Source: the human T2T-CHM13v2.0 reference genome, Homo sapiens. Taken from it: 64,000 nt of DNA. The stretch lies in the NCBI RefSeq assembly GCF_009914755.1, contig NC_060933.1, one strand, 5' to 3'. The position numbers and the translations under genes are program-made. Within the stretch, counting starts at the first letter, position 1. Each line of letters starts with the position of its first letter. Positions 1 through 15,369 of this stretch are shown in pieces. The notes beneath the pieces are model-generated. The model made no database searches and was not told the DNA's origin. It worked only from the letters and a program-made list of their open reading frames with translations.

Positions 1-236
1 CATGTCAGCTGGCACCAAGCCCTGTTGGGCACTACCAGGGCTGATGGAAAGATCTCAGAAGAATCAGATGCTGAATTTGAAGCTTAAACGCCTGTGGATT
101 TACATCAAATACCAGTTCAGTTTTGTCATTGTTTATTCTAGTAGATTAGTTTCATTTGTGAAAGGGTTACTCTCATACTCCTTATGTACAGAAATCACAT
201 GAAAAGTAAAGGTTCCATAATGTGAAAAAGAAAAAA
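1..236 (+). pseudogene. ATP5F1AP: 3' end of processed pseudogene of mitochondrial ATP synthase F1 alpha (continues left of the window)
   Basis: Reads ...[24 protein letters not shown] (stop 85-87) versus ATP5F1A ...[35 protein letters not shown], i.e. a ~33-nt deletion. ATP5F1A-like 3'UTR follows, then a decayed polyA signal (AGTAAA 205-210) and an A-tail at 225-236 abutting L1 ORF2 sequence. Confidence 0.9.
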
Positions 237-1935
237 GATCTCTACAAGGGGAACTGCCAACCACTGCTGGAAGAAATCACAGATGACACAAATAAATAAA
301 AAAAAATTCCATGCTGATGGATTGGAAGAATCAATATTGTTAAAATGACCATGCTGCCCAAAGCAGTTTAAAGATTTAATGCTATAACTACCAATGTCAT
401 TTTTCACAGAACTAGAAAAAACTATTCTAAAATTCATATAGAACCAAAAAACAGCCCGAATAGCTAAAGCAATCCTAAGCAAAAAGAACAAAGCTGGAGG
501 CATCACACTACCCAACTTCAAACTATACTATAAGGCTACAGTAAGCAAAACAGCTTGGTCCTGGTACAAAAAAAGACAGATGAATGGAACAGAATAGATA
601 ATCCAGAAGCAGTTCTGCACACCTATAGCCATCTGCTCTTTGACAAAGCCCACAAAAAAATGGGAAAAGGGTCCCCTATTCAATAAATAGTGCTGAAATA
701 ACTAGCTAGCCATATGCAGAACAATGAAACTGGACCCCTACCTTTTATCGTATACAAAAATTAACTCAAAATGAATTCAAGATTTAAATGTATGACCTCA
801 AACTATAAGAATCCTGGAAGAAAATCTAGGAAAAACAGTATTCTGGACATCAGCCTTGGCAAAGAATTTTTGGCTAAGTCCCCAAAAGCAATTGCAACAA
901 AACCAAAAACTGACATGTGGGACCCAATTAGACTAAAAAGCTCCTGCTCATCGAAAGAAACTGTCAGTAAACAGACAACCTACATAATAGGAGAAAATAT
1001 TTGCAAAGTATGCATCTAACAAAGGTCTAATATCCAGAACCTATGAGGAGCTCAAACAAATCAAGAAAAAACAAACAAATAACCCCATTAAAAAATGGGC
1101 AAAGGACATGGACAGATACTTCTCAAAAGAAGGCATACAAGTGGCCAACAAACATATGAAAAAATGTCCAACATCACTATCATCAGAGCAACGCAAATCA
1201 AAACTACAATAAGATACGACCTCACCCCAGTCAGAATGGCTATTATGAAAAGGTCAAAAAACAACAGATGCTGGTGAGGCTGTGTGTGCATAAAAGGGAA
1301 TGCTTATAAACTGTTGAGGGGAATGTAAACTGGTTCAGCCACTGTGGAAAGCAATTGAAGATTTCTCAAAGAACTTAGAACTACCATTTAACCTACCAAT
1401 CCCATTATTGGGCATATACCCAAGGGAAAATAAATCATTCTACCAAAAAGACACATACACTTGTATGTTCATAACAGCATTATTCGCAATAGCAAAGACA
1501 TGGAATTAACCTGGGTGCTTATCAACGGTAGATTGAATTTTAAAAATGTAGTAGTAGTACATATACACCACAGAATACTACACAGCTATAGAAAAGAATG
1601 AAATCATGTCCTTTTCAGAAACATGGATGCAACTGGAGGCCATAACCCTAAGTAAATTGTTATAATATAGGAATGGAAAACCAAATACAGCTTGTTCTCA
1701 CTTGTAAGTGGGAGCTAAACACTGAGTACACATTGACATAAATATGGTAACACTAGGCACTGTGAACTACTGGAAGGGGCAGGAGGGAGGGGAGATGGGT
1801 TGAAAAACTGCCTGTTAGGTAATATGCTCACTACCTGGGTGATGGAATCCATATCCTAAACATCAGCATTATTCCACATACCTGTGTAAAAACTTGCAGC
1901 TATGTCCCCTGAATATAAAATAAAATCAAAATTAT
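237..1935 (+). mobile_element. LINE-1 3' part (ORF2 end + 3'UTR), L1PB/old L1PA-like
   Basis: ORF2 peptides ([17 protein letters not shown]; KSPKAIATK; [13 protein letters not shown]), typical 3'UTR, A-rich end near 1915-1930. Confidence 0.9.
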
Positions 1936-1943
1936 TTTTTTAA

Positions 1944-2425
1944 AAAGAAATTGTTGTCATTACAGGAAGTGGTAGATATTTTGGGTTCTGCCTAGGCTGT
2001 TTCTGAATCAGAAGGGAGTCCATATGATTCTGTTTGACATAAGTATCCCTGCTCAAACCATTCTGGAAGGAATCAACTTTATACATGGAGACATCTGTCA
2101 TCTCTCTGAGGTAGAGAAAGCCTTCCAGGATATAAATGTTACCTGTGTGTTCCACATTGTCTTTTATGTTATGTCAGGGTGGAAACAATTGAATCAAAAA
2201 CTGCTTGAAGAAGTCAATGTGGGGGACACAGGCAATGTCCTCCAGGCTTGCAGGAGGATAGGAGTAATAAAATTAGTTTACACTAGTGCTTTTAATGCAT
2301 ATTTGGAAGTGAAATGGTCAGAAATGAAGATGAATCTGTCTTTCTTAGCTCTTCACCTCTAAAGCAATCACTACTCTCAGACAAAATTGACTATGGACAA
2401 AAAGATAGTGGAAGTAAATGGTGTT
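1944..2425 (+). pseudogene. SDR42E1P: SDR42E1 (3-beta-HSD-like extended SDR) pseudogene fragment, N-terminal ~160 codons
   Basis: KEIVVITGSGRYFGFCLGC/LNQKGVHMILFDISIPAQTILEGINFIHGDICHLSEVEKAFQDINVTCVFHI...LVYTSAFN...LHL*SNHYSQTK matches SDR42E1 (KESVLITGGSGYFGFRLGCALNQNGVHVILFDISSPAQTIPEGIKFIQGDIRHLSDVEKAFQDADVTCVFHI...HYSRTK). Frameshifts near 2000 and 2300-2340, stop at 2360-2362, no intron. Confidence 0.9.
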
Positions 2426-2849
2426 TTTCCTCCCCTACATCCCTAACATCCTGAATCCCTTCCCTTAAGTCTGTGACCACTGGGATACTTGGTCCCACTA
2501 AGATAGCTTTCCTCCACTATGATTCCTCATCTACATGTTCAGTGTCATCAGAAGAATGATGTCCTTTTCCAGATAGCTGAATTACACAGCATTTAAATTT
2601 ATCTTATTTCATTTTTTATGAGAAGTTATAATATTGGAATAAAAAGCAGAAACAAGGAAAGAGATTTTCTGAAGTATACATTTTATATGAGCCAAGGAAT
2701 TAGTACCTGGAAAACTAAACTGTAATATTTAAAATTAGTTTATATATGGAGATAATTATGTTTCTTGCTAAAATGCCTATCACCCTACTGATTCTCAATT
2801 TGAAATAAGCATTATAACTTTTACATGTCTGAATATGAAATTTTACAAA

Positions 2850-3068
2850 TTGGACAGGAGAGGCCAGAGAATTAGCTTGCTCTTTTTCCACCATGTAGGA
2901 ATAAAATAAGAAATCAGCAGTCTGCAATCAGCAGTTACTGGAACTCAACCATGCTGATGCCTTGATCTTGGACTTGCCAGCCACCAGAACTATGAGAAAT
3001 AAATATTTCTTGTTTAAGCCACGCAGTTTATGATAATTTATTATATCAGCCTAAACTGATTAAGACAA
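2850..3068 (+). mobile_element. MaLR LTR fragment (MLT1-like)
   Basis: ccttgatcttggacttgccagccaccagaactatgagaaataaa...taagaca terminus. Confidence 0.7.
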
Positions 3069-4129
3069 AAATGCTAAGAAACAGAAGGACCACATAGTAA
3101 AATTCCATAAACTGTTCTGGAATTTTATGTCTACTACTAAGGTCTAGAATCCAGTAGGTCCTCATGGATTGAATATGGCACCAGCAAGGGGGATGTGGAC
3201 ATGAGCCAGATCCTAACACAAAGGATATTTGCCCTCAGACCTCCTTTATGGTTCCTTCCAGGAGTGTGCAGCCCAGAATAAAGGTTTGATGGAGTGACTG
3301 GTGCCACAGGTATGAGCAATCGGCTCATAATGGGGGCAACAGTTTGGAATCAGAGAATCATGATTATTCTTGTAAATGATACTTATGGACCAAAGAGGCA
3401 CATTGGGCTCAGAACATAGCATTTTTTCCCCTAGGTCTGTCAGCCTATATATCTTTTACAGGCCAGGTATGTCAAAAGTCTACATTTGGGAGAGGTCTTA
3501 AAATCCATATAATATACATTTTGTACACAATTTCAGAATTTGTAACAGATTATACTCAAGATACTGCATTTTATCTAGTGTGTTTTTACATTATAATTTC
3601 ACAGGGTAACAGCTTCTCATTTTCAATGCTAGGTTACTTTTATGTGATATTCATGTTTTGTACCAATCTGGTGTTCAGATTTTATATTGCTTGATATGAT
3701 TTTTTAAGTGCATAATCACTTTCTTAAAGTTTCTGTTTAAAAACTTATGGGAAGCATGACATAATATAAATTATATTAGAGATGGAATACTTAATATCCC
3801 CTAAAATACCAAATAACTTAGACCAGTATCCCAGTATTTAAATATATAGTTGATAACTCAAAGTAATTTATCACTGTTTCTCTGTAATCATTTTGATGTC
3901 ACAGGTTGTTTAAGGCTTAATGATGATTAAGAACATTTAGTGAATTTATGAACACTTTAATGAATTGATTTAACATTTCAGCTGTTTATGTGCAAGGACC
4001 CATAAAATTATCAATTTAAATGACTTGAGAATTAAAATATAATAGTTTATTCTTGGAGCATCACTTTTTCTCTCTCCAGTTATTGGTCAGGCTACCAAAT
4101 GCTTTTTAAAAAATCTAGGTTTTAAATAT

Positions 4130-4446
<317 letters not shown>

Positions 4447-5477
4447 TGAGATTGTGGATGATAATCTCATTTTGGGTAGATTTGTATTCTGGGTAGATTT
4501 TTATCAGGGATCCTGATTTAAAAAGAAAAAAATAAATTTTTTTTCTGGTTATGATTAGCATTTTTCATTAATTACCACCTATTTTAGTTAAGGTAGCTCC
4601 ATTTAATTCATACAACATTTTATTTGTAGTGCATGGTGCAATTAAAACAATAGTTACAATGTCATGAAGGACCTGCGCCAAGAATCACATGACACCACAT
4701 AGCCATCAGTACCTATGACAATGCTACTTTTAAATTCTCATTTTTTAATGAGAATATTGAGGCTCCAAGATGTTAAGTAACTTTCCCAAGAATACACAGC
4801 TAGTAGATTCAGATTTATAAGGCCACAAAGCCTGGGTTCTCAGTTACTACTCTGCTCACTGGAACTTGTGGGAGCAAATTCTGATCAATTTATAAGCTCT
4901 TCTTCCCCAAAAGATCTTAGCTTGGAGAAGAAGGAGACCTCTATACTGCAGAGCTAAAGTTTTGAGTAGGTTGTGCTTGACTTCTGAGGCATGTGACATG
5001 TGAATAAAACTGGTTTTATGAAGGTAAAATCATCAGCATTTCCATGGAGCATCTTGTGTTTCTCAGGGCATGGGAACCAACCATCTGCAGTAAAAAGTAA
5101 ATTTTTAACTCATAAGTCAATGGAATTGTTGTGGGTATGGATATCACCATATTATTTGGCAGGTGATTCTTATTGAAATATCATAAAGGGCAAGTATTGT
5201 GACAACTTTTCTCCATGATTAATAAAACAAACAGATAATCTTTATAATACTAATCATTGCTGTTTCTTTATAAAATGTTCTTGATTACTTAAAGTACTAT
5301 TAAATTAAAAATCAGATTTTTGCAACATGTAGAAGGCTCTTTTAAAAAAACTGTAATATTATTCTATATTGTATTTCTCTAGGTATAATATCACATCACC
5401 ATAATCTGCATGGTCTAATAAAATAGTAAACTGTTTCCCAATAAATAGCTTTCCCACAATATGGAAACATTGGCAAT

Positions 5478-5823
5478 GTTTTGTTTTGTTTTTTTGTTTG
5501 TTTTGTTTTGAGATGGAGTCTCGCTCTGTCACCCAGACTGGAGTGCAGTGGCATGATCTCGGCTCACTACTACTTCCGCCTTCTGGGTTCAAGCGATTCT
5601 GCTGCCTCCACCTTCTGGGTTCAAGCGATTCTCCTGCCTCAGCCTCCTGATTAGCTGGGACTACAGGCATGTGCCACTACACCAGGCCAATTTTTTTGTA
5701 TTTTTAGTAGAGATGAGGTTTCACCGTGTTAGCCAGGGTGATCTGGAACTCCTGACCTTGTGATCCGCCTGCCTCAGCCTCCCAAAGTGCTGGGATTACA
5801 CGCATGAGCCACCACATCCAGCC
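5478..5823 (-). mobile_element. Alu (S-type) with ~32-nt internal tandem duplication
   Basis: ccttctgggttcaagcgattct occurs twice at ~5579-5632; TSD ggcaatgttt. Confidence 0.95.
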
Positions 5824-6048
5824 GGCAATGTTTTTTAACATGTAGTTTAGTCTTCAGACCCTCTCAAATTACTTACTGAATTAAAGTATGCCTTTTATAA
5901 GAAACAACATTCAGTAATATAAAAATAAACTCTCATGTCTTCTTTACTTTCCATTTAATTTAAGGTACATTTTGGAGGACATTCTTGTGCTTACTTCATG
6001 TAACCTCACTTGCTTTTAGGTGAATTCAAAATTCTGATGTTAATCCCT

Positions 6049-6588
6049 TGTATTAGGGTTCTCTAGAGGAACAGAAGTAATAGGATATATGTATATACGA
6101 AAGGGAATTTATTAAGGAGTATTGACTCAGACGATCACAAGGTAAAATTCCAGGATAGGCTGTCTGCAAGTTGAGGAGCAAGCAAGCCAGTGGTGGTTCC
6201 GTCTGAGTCCCCAAACCTCAAAAGTAGGGAAGCTGACAGCGCAGCCTTCAGTCTGTGGCCAAAGGCTCAAGAGCCCCTGGAAAACCACTGGTGTAAGTCC
6301 AAGAGTCCAAAAGCTGAAGAACTTGGAGTCTGATGTTCGAGGGCAGGAAGCATCCAGCACAGGAGAAAGATGAAAGCTGGAAGACTCAGTAGTCTGCTCT
6401 TCCATCTTCTCCTGCCTCCTCGCTGGCAGCTGATTAGATGGTGCCCACCAGATTGAGGGTGGATCTGCCTCTCCCAGACCACTGACTCAAATGTTAATTT
6501 CCTTTGGCAACACCTTCACAGACACACCCAGGAACAATACTTTGCATCCTTCAATCTAATCAAGTTGACACTCAATATTAACCATCTT
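6049..6588 (-). mobile_element. MLT2A-like solo LTR (ERV-L)
   Basis: tgtattagggttctctagagg...caatcaagttgacactcaatattaaccatc termini. Confidence 0.85.
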
Positions 6589-7069
6589 CTTACTGAGCAG
6601 TTAACTCATAATAACACTGCCAAAGAGAACTCTAACAGTTAACAGAAGCATTGTTTGTTGTCCTAAGTCTGTCATAATATTCTGTATAACCTTTGAAGAA
6701 ACATTTAAATTTTCCTCTTTCAAGCAATGAAATGTGCATTCCTTAAATTGAAAGAACATGAGCCTCCTTGATGCGTTGCATGACATGGTGGGAAAGGTGA
6801 GCCCCTGAGTCAGAGGACTCATCCCGGATCTCATTCTCTCACAGGCTTGTGAAAGCAGAAGTCACCTGCCTTCTGACCTTGGCATGTATCCTGCTTCAAG
6901 AATGGAACTGGAGGCATATCTATTCTGATTACAAAGAAAATTTAAGTCATTCTCCTATAGAATTTTAATTTCAATCATTGTTTTAGGAATTTGCAAATAT
7001 ATGGCTTGCTTTGTCTTAACTAATAGAAAAAGTGTCCTTTTTCAAAAAGAGAAGTGTTAATGTAATGAT

Positions 7070-7260
7070 AATAGTAATGACTTCACAGAGTGTGTGTTCT
7101 GTTCCAAGCACTTTAAGCATATTAACAATTTAATCCTCACAGTAATCCTTGGAGGATGATATCATCCTGATTTTGCAAGTGAGACAACTGAGGCACAGAA
7201 AGGCCAAGCCTTATATAGCAGAGCTGGTATTTGAACCCAGGATGTCTGGCTCTTAATGCT
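7070..7260 (-). mobile_element. MIR (other MIR fragments at ~4730-4860, 8170-8310, 11950-12080, 22530-22650, 53320-53420, 55570-55715)
   Basis: MIR core ttaatcctcacagtaatcct...actgaggcacaga...tttgaacccagg. Confidence 0.7.
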
Positions 7261-9012
7261 GTTAGTTTACATTCTTAACTGTGGGCCAGATGTGTGTAAC
7301 TGACTATCAAACGTGGTTCTGACACAAAACTCTACATCTAAATTCCAATCTCCATTTTACATTTCTGCTAACCTGATGGGGGAAAAACTTTTATTTTAAT
7401 ATGACCAGGGATCCACATTTTGAAAAATATTGCCAGTGCAGTCCTGACAGCCACTTCTTCATTCTTAAGCACCTGGGAGGAAACTGTTCAGAAGTGGTGT
7501 GTTATGAAATGGTAAAATCAGCTCTGCCCTTGCTGATGAATCCAGAATAATTACCAATGACTAAGTCCAGCCTCATGACCACTTTCTTGAGTGACATTGA
7601 GTTTGCATCCTAATTTGAAGTTTACAATTCTGGCAAGATATTGGACAGCTGCATGGATAATTTTGTTCACAAATATAGATGCAAAACTCTATGCTGCGTT
7701 AAAGCTATTTTAAAGAGCATACTTTAGGACTAGTGTTTATTTCCTTGTGTCTAAATTTCCTGTTTTGCATTTGCTTCAGCTAAGATTGTTTTGGGCTAAA
7801 CTTATCTTCCTACACAGACCCTTGGTATCATGTAAATCAAAATAATCATAGGCATATTTAATTATATGACATTTGTTGTCTCTACACTAAAGTTTTTCTA
7901 ACATTCTTAAATTTTGTCTACATAATGAATATATTTTTAACAGAAAAATCTATAGGTTTGATTGCCTGCTTATTTAAATAAAAAGAGAAAGAAGAGGTAG
8001 AAGAACTATGAACTCTTTATTGGTTGCCAAGCAATAAAAATACTTTTTTGGGAAAAAACTAAACCCCATTGTTTCCTTGAATGTGCTTGTTCTTTCAGCT
8101 CAGTCCTAAGAGTGGATGATTACTGAGCACAGGGCCCTGAGATGAACTGAGGGACTCGCATCTCATTCAAGCCTCACAAAGCAGTGGAAGGATTAACGTT
8201 TTCTTCATTTTATAAAGAGCACACTGAGACTAAGAATGGTTGATTAGTTTGCCCAAGTTCTCAAGAGTAGTAAAATTTTGAGCCGTTAATTTAAAACAGA
8301 CCATCTGGAGGTAGACTAGAGCTGAGAATGATCTCAATTAAAGGAAGGAATTCTGTCACTTTGTGGAGTTTTATGAAGAGATAAGATAGAAACCAACCTA
8401 CTGAGTATTAAACAAAAGGCTATTTCCCGAAAACATCCTTCCACATTCATTCTTCAATCAGTAAAATTTTACTACCATTAAGGCAGAAAAAGGGTTAGAC
8501 ACAATTCCTTCCTTCAAGAAGTTTAGAGGTTAATGAGGACACTACAATATTCGTGACATAACTTAAAAGCTACATAAAAACAGTATAGAAAGGTAAAGAT
8601 TTCTCTGTGAAAGAGGTATAAAAAAGAAAATATTTTCCTCATGGTAAGCTTGAAGTTTCTTCCTCCCTGGGAGGCTTAAAAGAGTCTTCGTGATGGAGAT
8701 CTAGAATCCATCTTTAGTTGGTTAGTGTGTGCACATATGAGAGGCAAGGCCATGCTGGGCCTGATCCAAGAATGAGGCTGGAAATGGGTGTACTTTTAAG
8801 AAAATGAATAAATAAATAAATGATCTTGTTTGCCTAGGAGCCTGCAAGGGACTAATGGAAGCTGTGAATAGAAAGACCCTTTGGAACCAATTTGGAGATG
8901 TCCTTGAAAATGAGGGGAGTATAGAATTTTCTCCAAAAGAAGATAAGAAACCTTTAAAGGATCGTATCTGCGGAGGGGCAAGATAGTAACAAAATCTTCG
9001 AGGAGGGAATAA

Positions 9013-9463
<451 letters not shown>

Positions 9464-12400
9464 ATCTATCTCTTCTTATCAGTGATTGGGCAGTCTTGAT
9501 ACTGAGCTTCCCAGCTGTGGACCCACAACTAAATTAATGTAAGACCCAAAGATCTGAAACGCCCTTTAAGATGTCACCCTTGAGAATAAAGAATGTTAGA
9601 TACCAGCAGAGGTTTATGCAAGAAGAAGATGGAGTGGTGGAGAAAAACTGGGAGTAAGAAAATTAAAGGAAGAGAAAATAATAAAAAAGAACAGTGATCA
9701 TTTGTATTAAATAATGAGAGTGAAAATAGGGCTAACAGTATTTTACAGGTGCAGTGGATCACAGGTTGTTAACATGTAACCAACAAGAATTGGACGATAT
9801 GGCTGCAACCCTTTGTCTGCAAAAGCTCACATGTATTGGCTAGTAATGTTCAAGTAATTAAGAGGACATTAATCAGTTAAATATCTACCCACACATGTTT
9901 TCTCTAAAAAAATTCAAGTCTCCATTTTTTTTCTGTCTAATACTTCTGACTTCAAGGATAGAGTCAAGAGAACTGGGACCAGGAATTGCAACTATTGCAA
10001 TGAGGCAAATCCCCACAATGTCCCAGGTCAGAGAGTCAAGAGAGAGGCAGCTAAACAATGGGACTGTACCCACCTATGACATGACCTTTTAAAACAGCTT
10101 TTTTGTGCTTCTTTAGATGGATAGAAGTGAACTTATATCTATGCTTTGATTTTTGCAAAATTCTTAGTCTGTAAAAGATATAGTTGTGACTAGGAGACTA
10201 ACTCTCATTTGCCTCAGTCCTAAATTCAGTGTGTTCAGTATAACATTGAGGAAATAAAAATCATAATAATGATTTCAAAAGTGACATATTAACTCCATAT
10301 TTTTGAAAGAAAGTGTGGTCAGGCTCTGTGCTAAAAGAAATTCTACCTACTGATGTTGCAAAAGCATGTCATAAGATGATCTTTATAATGAAAACTAGAT
10401 TTCTGTGAATGTGCAATGACTTTTGGGTCCTTTTCTTTCCATATTCAAATCTTATTTCACTTCTGTGAGATTTCCCCTTATTTATGGGTTTCTTTAATCA
10501 TATGCATATATTTTTTATGTTGAAATCTAGTAAAGGTATAAGCTTTTGTTTCATTTTTAGCATGGACCTAAGAAGCTCTTCCATCATAATCTATGGCTTT
10601 CATTATTGATTCTGTTTATAGACAGGATATAAATATAATATGAAAATCAAAAACAAGTTTTAAACAAAAATTGTTTTTAAAATTAGATTTTTCTCTTCAA
10701 CTTAAATATTTTACCCTTCCAAAGGGCGAGGGAAGGAGGAAAGATGAAATTAGCAGAATTAATGTAGAAATAAAATGTTTGGAGCAGAGCTTGGGCTTTT
10801 TCCCATAGAGTGAATACTAAATTTTATCAGTATAATGATCCATCACAGTTTAAAGAAGCAACACATTTTCCAATTACAATGATAACTTTTAACATATCCA
10901 ACATTTTAACATCTCTGTATCTTCTAATACATTAGATTTGAAAAATTCTGTAGTGATTGCTTGTCTCAGCATTTTGCAAACATCATCCTTGCTGTACCAA
11001 AACAGAGTTCGCCAATTTTGGAAAGATGTGTGAGTGGCTGAACCTCTTCTGGGACTGGACAACGGACAGCAACTACTATACGTGCAAGTAGTCGTTCTCT
11101 GGTGAGCTGAAACAGTTACTCACATCACTTCCCATGCTCTGAGGTTCAGATGAGGAGCCCTGGTAGAGAAAGGCAGCTCTAGATCTTTGTAAGAAGGTAA
11201 TAAGACACCAAACTGTGCCCTTCAATGGAAAGTATTAATATAATACATCTCTCCAAGGAAGGGCTGACAATGGGAGTTGAAAGCCACCAGACAGCAAGTG
11301 CAGGGTGCAAACTCTGTGGCTCTCAAAATGAGTGGGAAGGTAGTTACACAAAGTTGGTGCCCCCATACTTGTCTGGAGGCCTAGCTGAGGAACCAATCCT
11401 AGCATGCTCCTCCCATCATCATGGCCACTCTAGGAACCAGCCCTAGCCACAGCCCTACTAGGCAAGAGTTGTCATGCTTCTTTTACAAACTTCGAGTAGA
11501 TTTAAAGTTTTCCTTTTGTCTTCTTCACCAGAGAAAGAAAAAGTTTACTTTTGGACAGGTTGCATTAAAGCACTTTAGATATTCTCTTTTCTCTGGTGGA
11601 AGCCCGTATCTTAGGAGACATGGGGAGCCTGCTGCTGGCTCACCTGTCACAGAACTGGATCGTGAAGATTTCATCTGGTTTTTCCCAGGTGGGCATTTTA
11701 AATTTCTGCTTCAAAGTCTGTCTTTGTACTTTTAATAAATAAGACATTTGTACTGATGGAATCTGCAAGACAGGCTTGAAGGAAAAAATAAGTGTCTCAA
11801 AGTGAAAGTCTGTTTCTTTTTACGTGAACAGTCATGTAAAAAATGTATTAAAAAGCCTTTTTGACTTGGAGATCTATTATGTTCAGTAGCTAAACTATAA
11901 CACAGAAGACCACATGGAGCACATACATGAAATATTGTTGAGGTGGCCATTTGGAGTCCTGGGTTCTAGTAAGGACTCCACTTCAATTGGCCGCATGATC
12001 CAAGGACGGGCATATCACTTCTCCAGGACTTAGGGTCTTCATCTCTAAAGTGAAGGCTGAACATAACAGGTACCCTTAAAGCTGCAAAGCATCACACAAC
12101 ATTTCACACCTGTTTACCCTCTCATTCTCTTAGATAACACTTTTTCTCTCTTTTCTCTTTCCTCAAAATGCCAGTGTCTCTTCTCCCAGTCTCATTCTTA
12201 GCTCCCTACTTCACCAGAAAACTGAAGCAATCAAAAAAGAATGTCCATGAGCTTCCAACATCACATTGGCTTATGGCTGTGATCTGAATGTGTCTCCTCC
12301 ATAATTCAGGTATTGAAACTTAATGGCCAATGTGACAGTATTAAAAGATAGGCCTTTAAGGCCATGCGGGCTCCTCCCTCATCAAGGGGATAAAGGTCTT

Positions 12401-12555
12401 TCTAACAGAGGCTTCACACAGCGTCTGGCCCTCTTGCCATGCTACCTTCTGCCAGGTGAGAATGCAGCGAAAAGGACCGCACCAGATGCCAAAAGGACCT
12501 CACTGTCTCCTTGATCCTGAATTTGTCAGCCTCTAGAACTGTGAGAAAATAAACT

Positions 12556-12864
<309 letters not shown>

Positions 12865-14815
12865 AATTTCTTTTTTTACACATTACTCAGGCTGTGGTAT
12901 TCTGTTATAATAGCACGAATAGACTGAGACCAAAATTGATACCAGGAGAATGGAGTGTTGCTACAACAAATACCTGAAAATGTAGAAGCAGCTTTGGAAC
13001 TGAGTAATGGGTAGAGGCTGGAACCGTTTTAAAGGGAATGCTGAAAAAGCCTGTATGGCCCAACATGGCACATTAAGGGTGATTCTGGTGAGGGCTCAGA
13101 ACAAAAGGAGAGCTGTAGGGAAAGCCTGAACCTTCTTAGTTTATCTTAGACAAGTTCTTATATTATCTCAGTGGTTGTGACCAGAATACTGGTAGAAATA
13201 TGGACAGTGAGGGCCTTTATTATGGTATCTTAAAGAGAAATCAGAAACACCTTACTGGAAACTGGAAGAAAGGCCATCATGGTTACGAAGTAGCCAAGAA
13301 GTTGGCTGAATTATGTTCCTGCCTCAGTATTTTGTGGGAGGTAGAACTTAAGAGTGATGAACTAGGATACTTGATGAAAGAAATCTCTAAGCAGCAAAAT
13401 GTTGAAGGAATTGCACGGCTTCTCTTAACTGCTCATAGCAAAATGCAAAAAGAGAGAAATGACTTAAAGATGGAATTTATAATCAAAAGGGAAGCTCTCA
13501 CATGTAAAGAATGTAAAGATTTGAAAAATTATCAGCCTGGCCATGTAAATAATAAAAAAGCATGTTTAGTAGAGAAAACCAAGGGTGTGCCCAATTGACA
13601 GTCTGATAAGCAGATTAGTGTGGATAGCAGGAAGCCAGGAACAATTTATCAAGATAATGGGAAAATGACCGCGAAGACATTTCAGAGATCTTTGAGGCCG
13701 CCACATTCTTCACAGGCAGAGTGCTAGGGCCTTGGGGGCAGAACAGGTTTGAGGGAGGGGCCCAGGGTGCCCATGGGAACTTGAGGCTTACCATCCAGGG
13801 CCGCCTCAAATCTCTGCTCCCTGCATTCTGGCACAGTGCTCCTTGGCTGTCCCAGCTATGGCTCAAGCAGGCCCAGGTGTGGCTCAAGTCACTGCTTCAG
13901 GAGGTACAGGCCATAGCACTTGGCAGCATCCATGTAGTGCAAACTCTGCAAGTGCACAGAGTTCAGGAGCTTTGAAGGCTTAGCTTCCTCCCCTAGGTTT
14001 CAGAGAATGCCTCAGAGTGTCTCCACCAGAGGTATGCACAGTGGAGCTGTGTGAGTGGGGCCACCTCAGAGAGTACTCACTAACACAAAATCTAGTGGAA
14101 CTATGGGGGTAGGGCCATGCTGGAGACCTCCACATTTTAGAGTCACCAGCATGCAATGCCAGAGTGAAAGAGCTGCAGGCAGGAGACTCCAACCCATGAG
14201 GGCTGTGGTGTGGGCTGTGCCCAGCAAAGCTATGGGGCTGTGGCCTTTGGAGCCTTGGGGATCCAACCCCTGCCCCAGTCTGCCTTGAAGGTAAAACATG
14301 AGTCAAATAAAATTATTCTCAAGCCTTAAGATCTAATGTTGTTTGCCCTTTTGGGTTTTGGATTTACTCAGAACTTGTTACCCCTTTCTTTTAACCAATT
14401 TCTGCCTTTCAGGATGGGAATGTCTATCCCACACCTATACCACCATTGTGTTTTTGGAAGCTAATAACTTATTCGACTTTGCAGCCTCATTGCTGGAGGG
14501 AAATTTGCTTCAGGATGAATTGTTCCTTGAGTCTCACTCATACCTGATTTACATAAACCTCTGGACTTTAGACTTTTGAGTTGTTTTTGGAATGAATGAA
14601 AACTTCTGGGGCTATTGGGATGGAATTAATAATGTATTTTGCACATGAGAAGGATATGAATTTTGAGTGGCCAGAGAAGAATGCTATGATTTGAATGTAT
14701 TTCTGCCAAAATTAATATGTTGAAACTTAATGAAGAATGTGATCATATTGAGAGGTGAGGCCTTTAAGAGGAATTAGGCCATGAGGATTCCTCCTCCATG
14801 AATAGGATTAAGGAC

Positions 14816-15165
14816 TGTCTTAGTCCATTTTATGCTGTTACACAGAATACCACAGACTGGGTAATTTATAATAAACAGAAATTTATTGGTTCACTATTCT
14901 GGAGCTGGAAAGTCCAAGATCAAGGGGCTGACTCCTGCCTAGGGCCTTCATGTGTGTCCTTTCATCGTGAAGGGCATAAAAAAGGGGTGAGAGAGAAAAA
15001 AGCAGGCCAAATAGGTCCTTTTATAGGGAGCCCATTCCCACAATAGCAGCATTAATCCATTTATGAAGGCAGAGCCCTCATAGTGTAATCACCTCTTAAT
15101 ACTATTTTAATGATAATTAAGTTTCTAACACATGATTTTTGGGAGGACACATTCAAACTGCAGCA
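14816..15165 (-). mobile_element. Second MaLR solo LTR (MST/MLT1A-like) nested antisense in the 3' LTR
   Basis: tgtcttagtccatttt...gggaggacacattcaaactgcagca; the host LTR resumes at 15166. Confidence 0.8.
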
Positions 15166-15369
15166 AAGCCCTTAAAAAAGAGGCTAAATGCAGCATTTGG
15201 CTCTCTTGCCCTTCTGCCTTCTGTCATGTGCACAGGCAGCAAGAAGGGCCTCACCAGATATCAAATTCTGGCATCTTGATTTCGGGCTTCACAGCTTTTA
15301 TACCTGTGAAAAAATTAATCACGCAATCTGTGGTCATCTGTCACAGCAGCACAAAATGAACAAAGACAC

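Noticed and set aside
43-62. ATGGAAAGATCTCAGAAG resembling the missing SDR42E1 start (MDPKRSQK)
   Set aside because: It is ATP5F1A sequence (DGKISE) read in another frame.
2024-2362. 112-aa ORF as a functional dehydrogenase
   Set aside because: Frameshifted away from the Gly-rich NAD-binding motif and stops before the catalytic Tyr; pseudogene.
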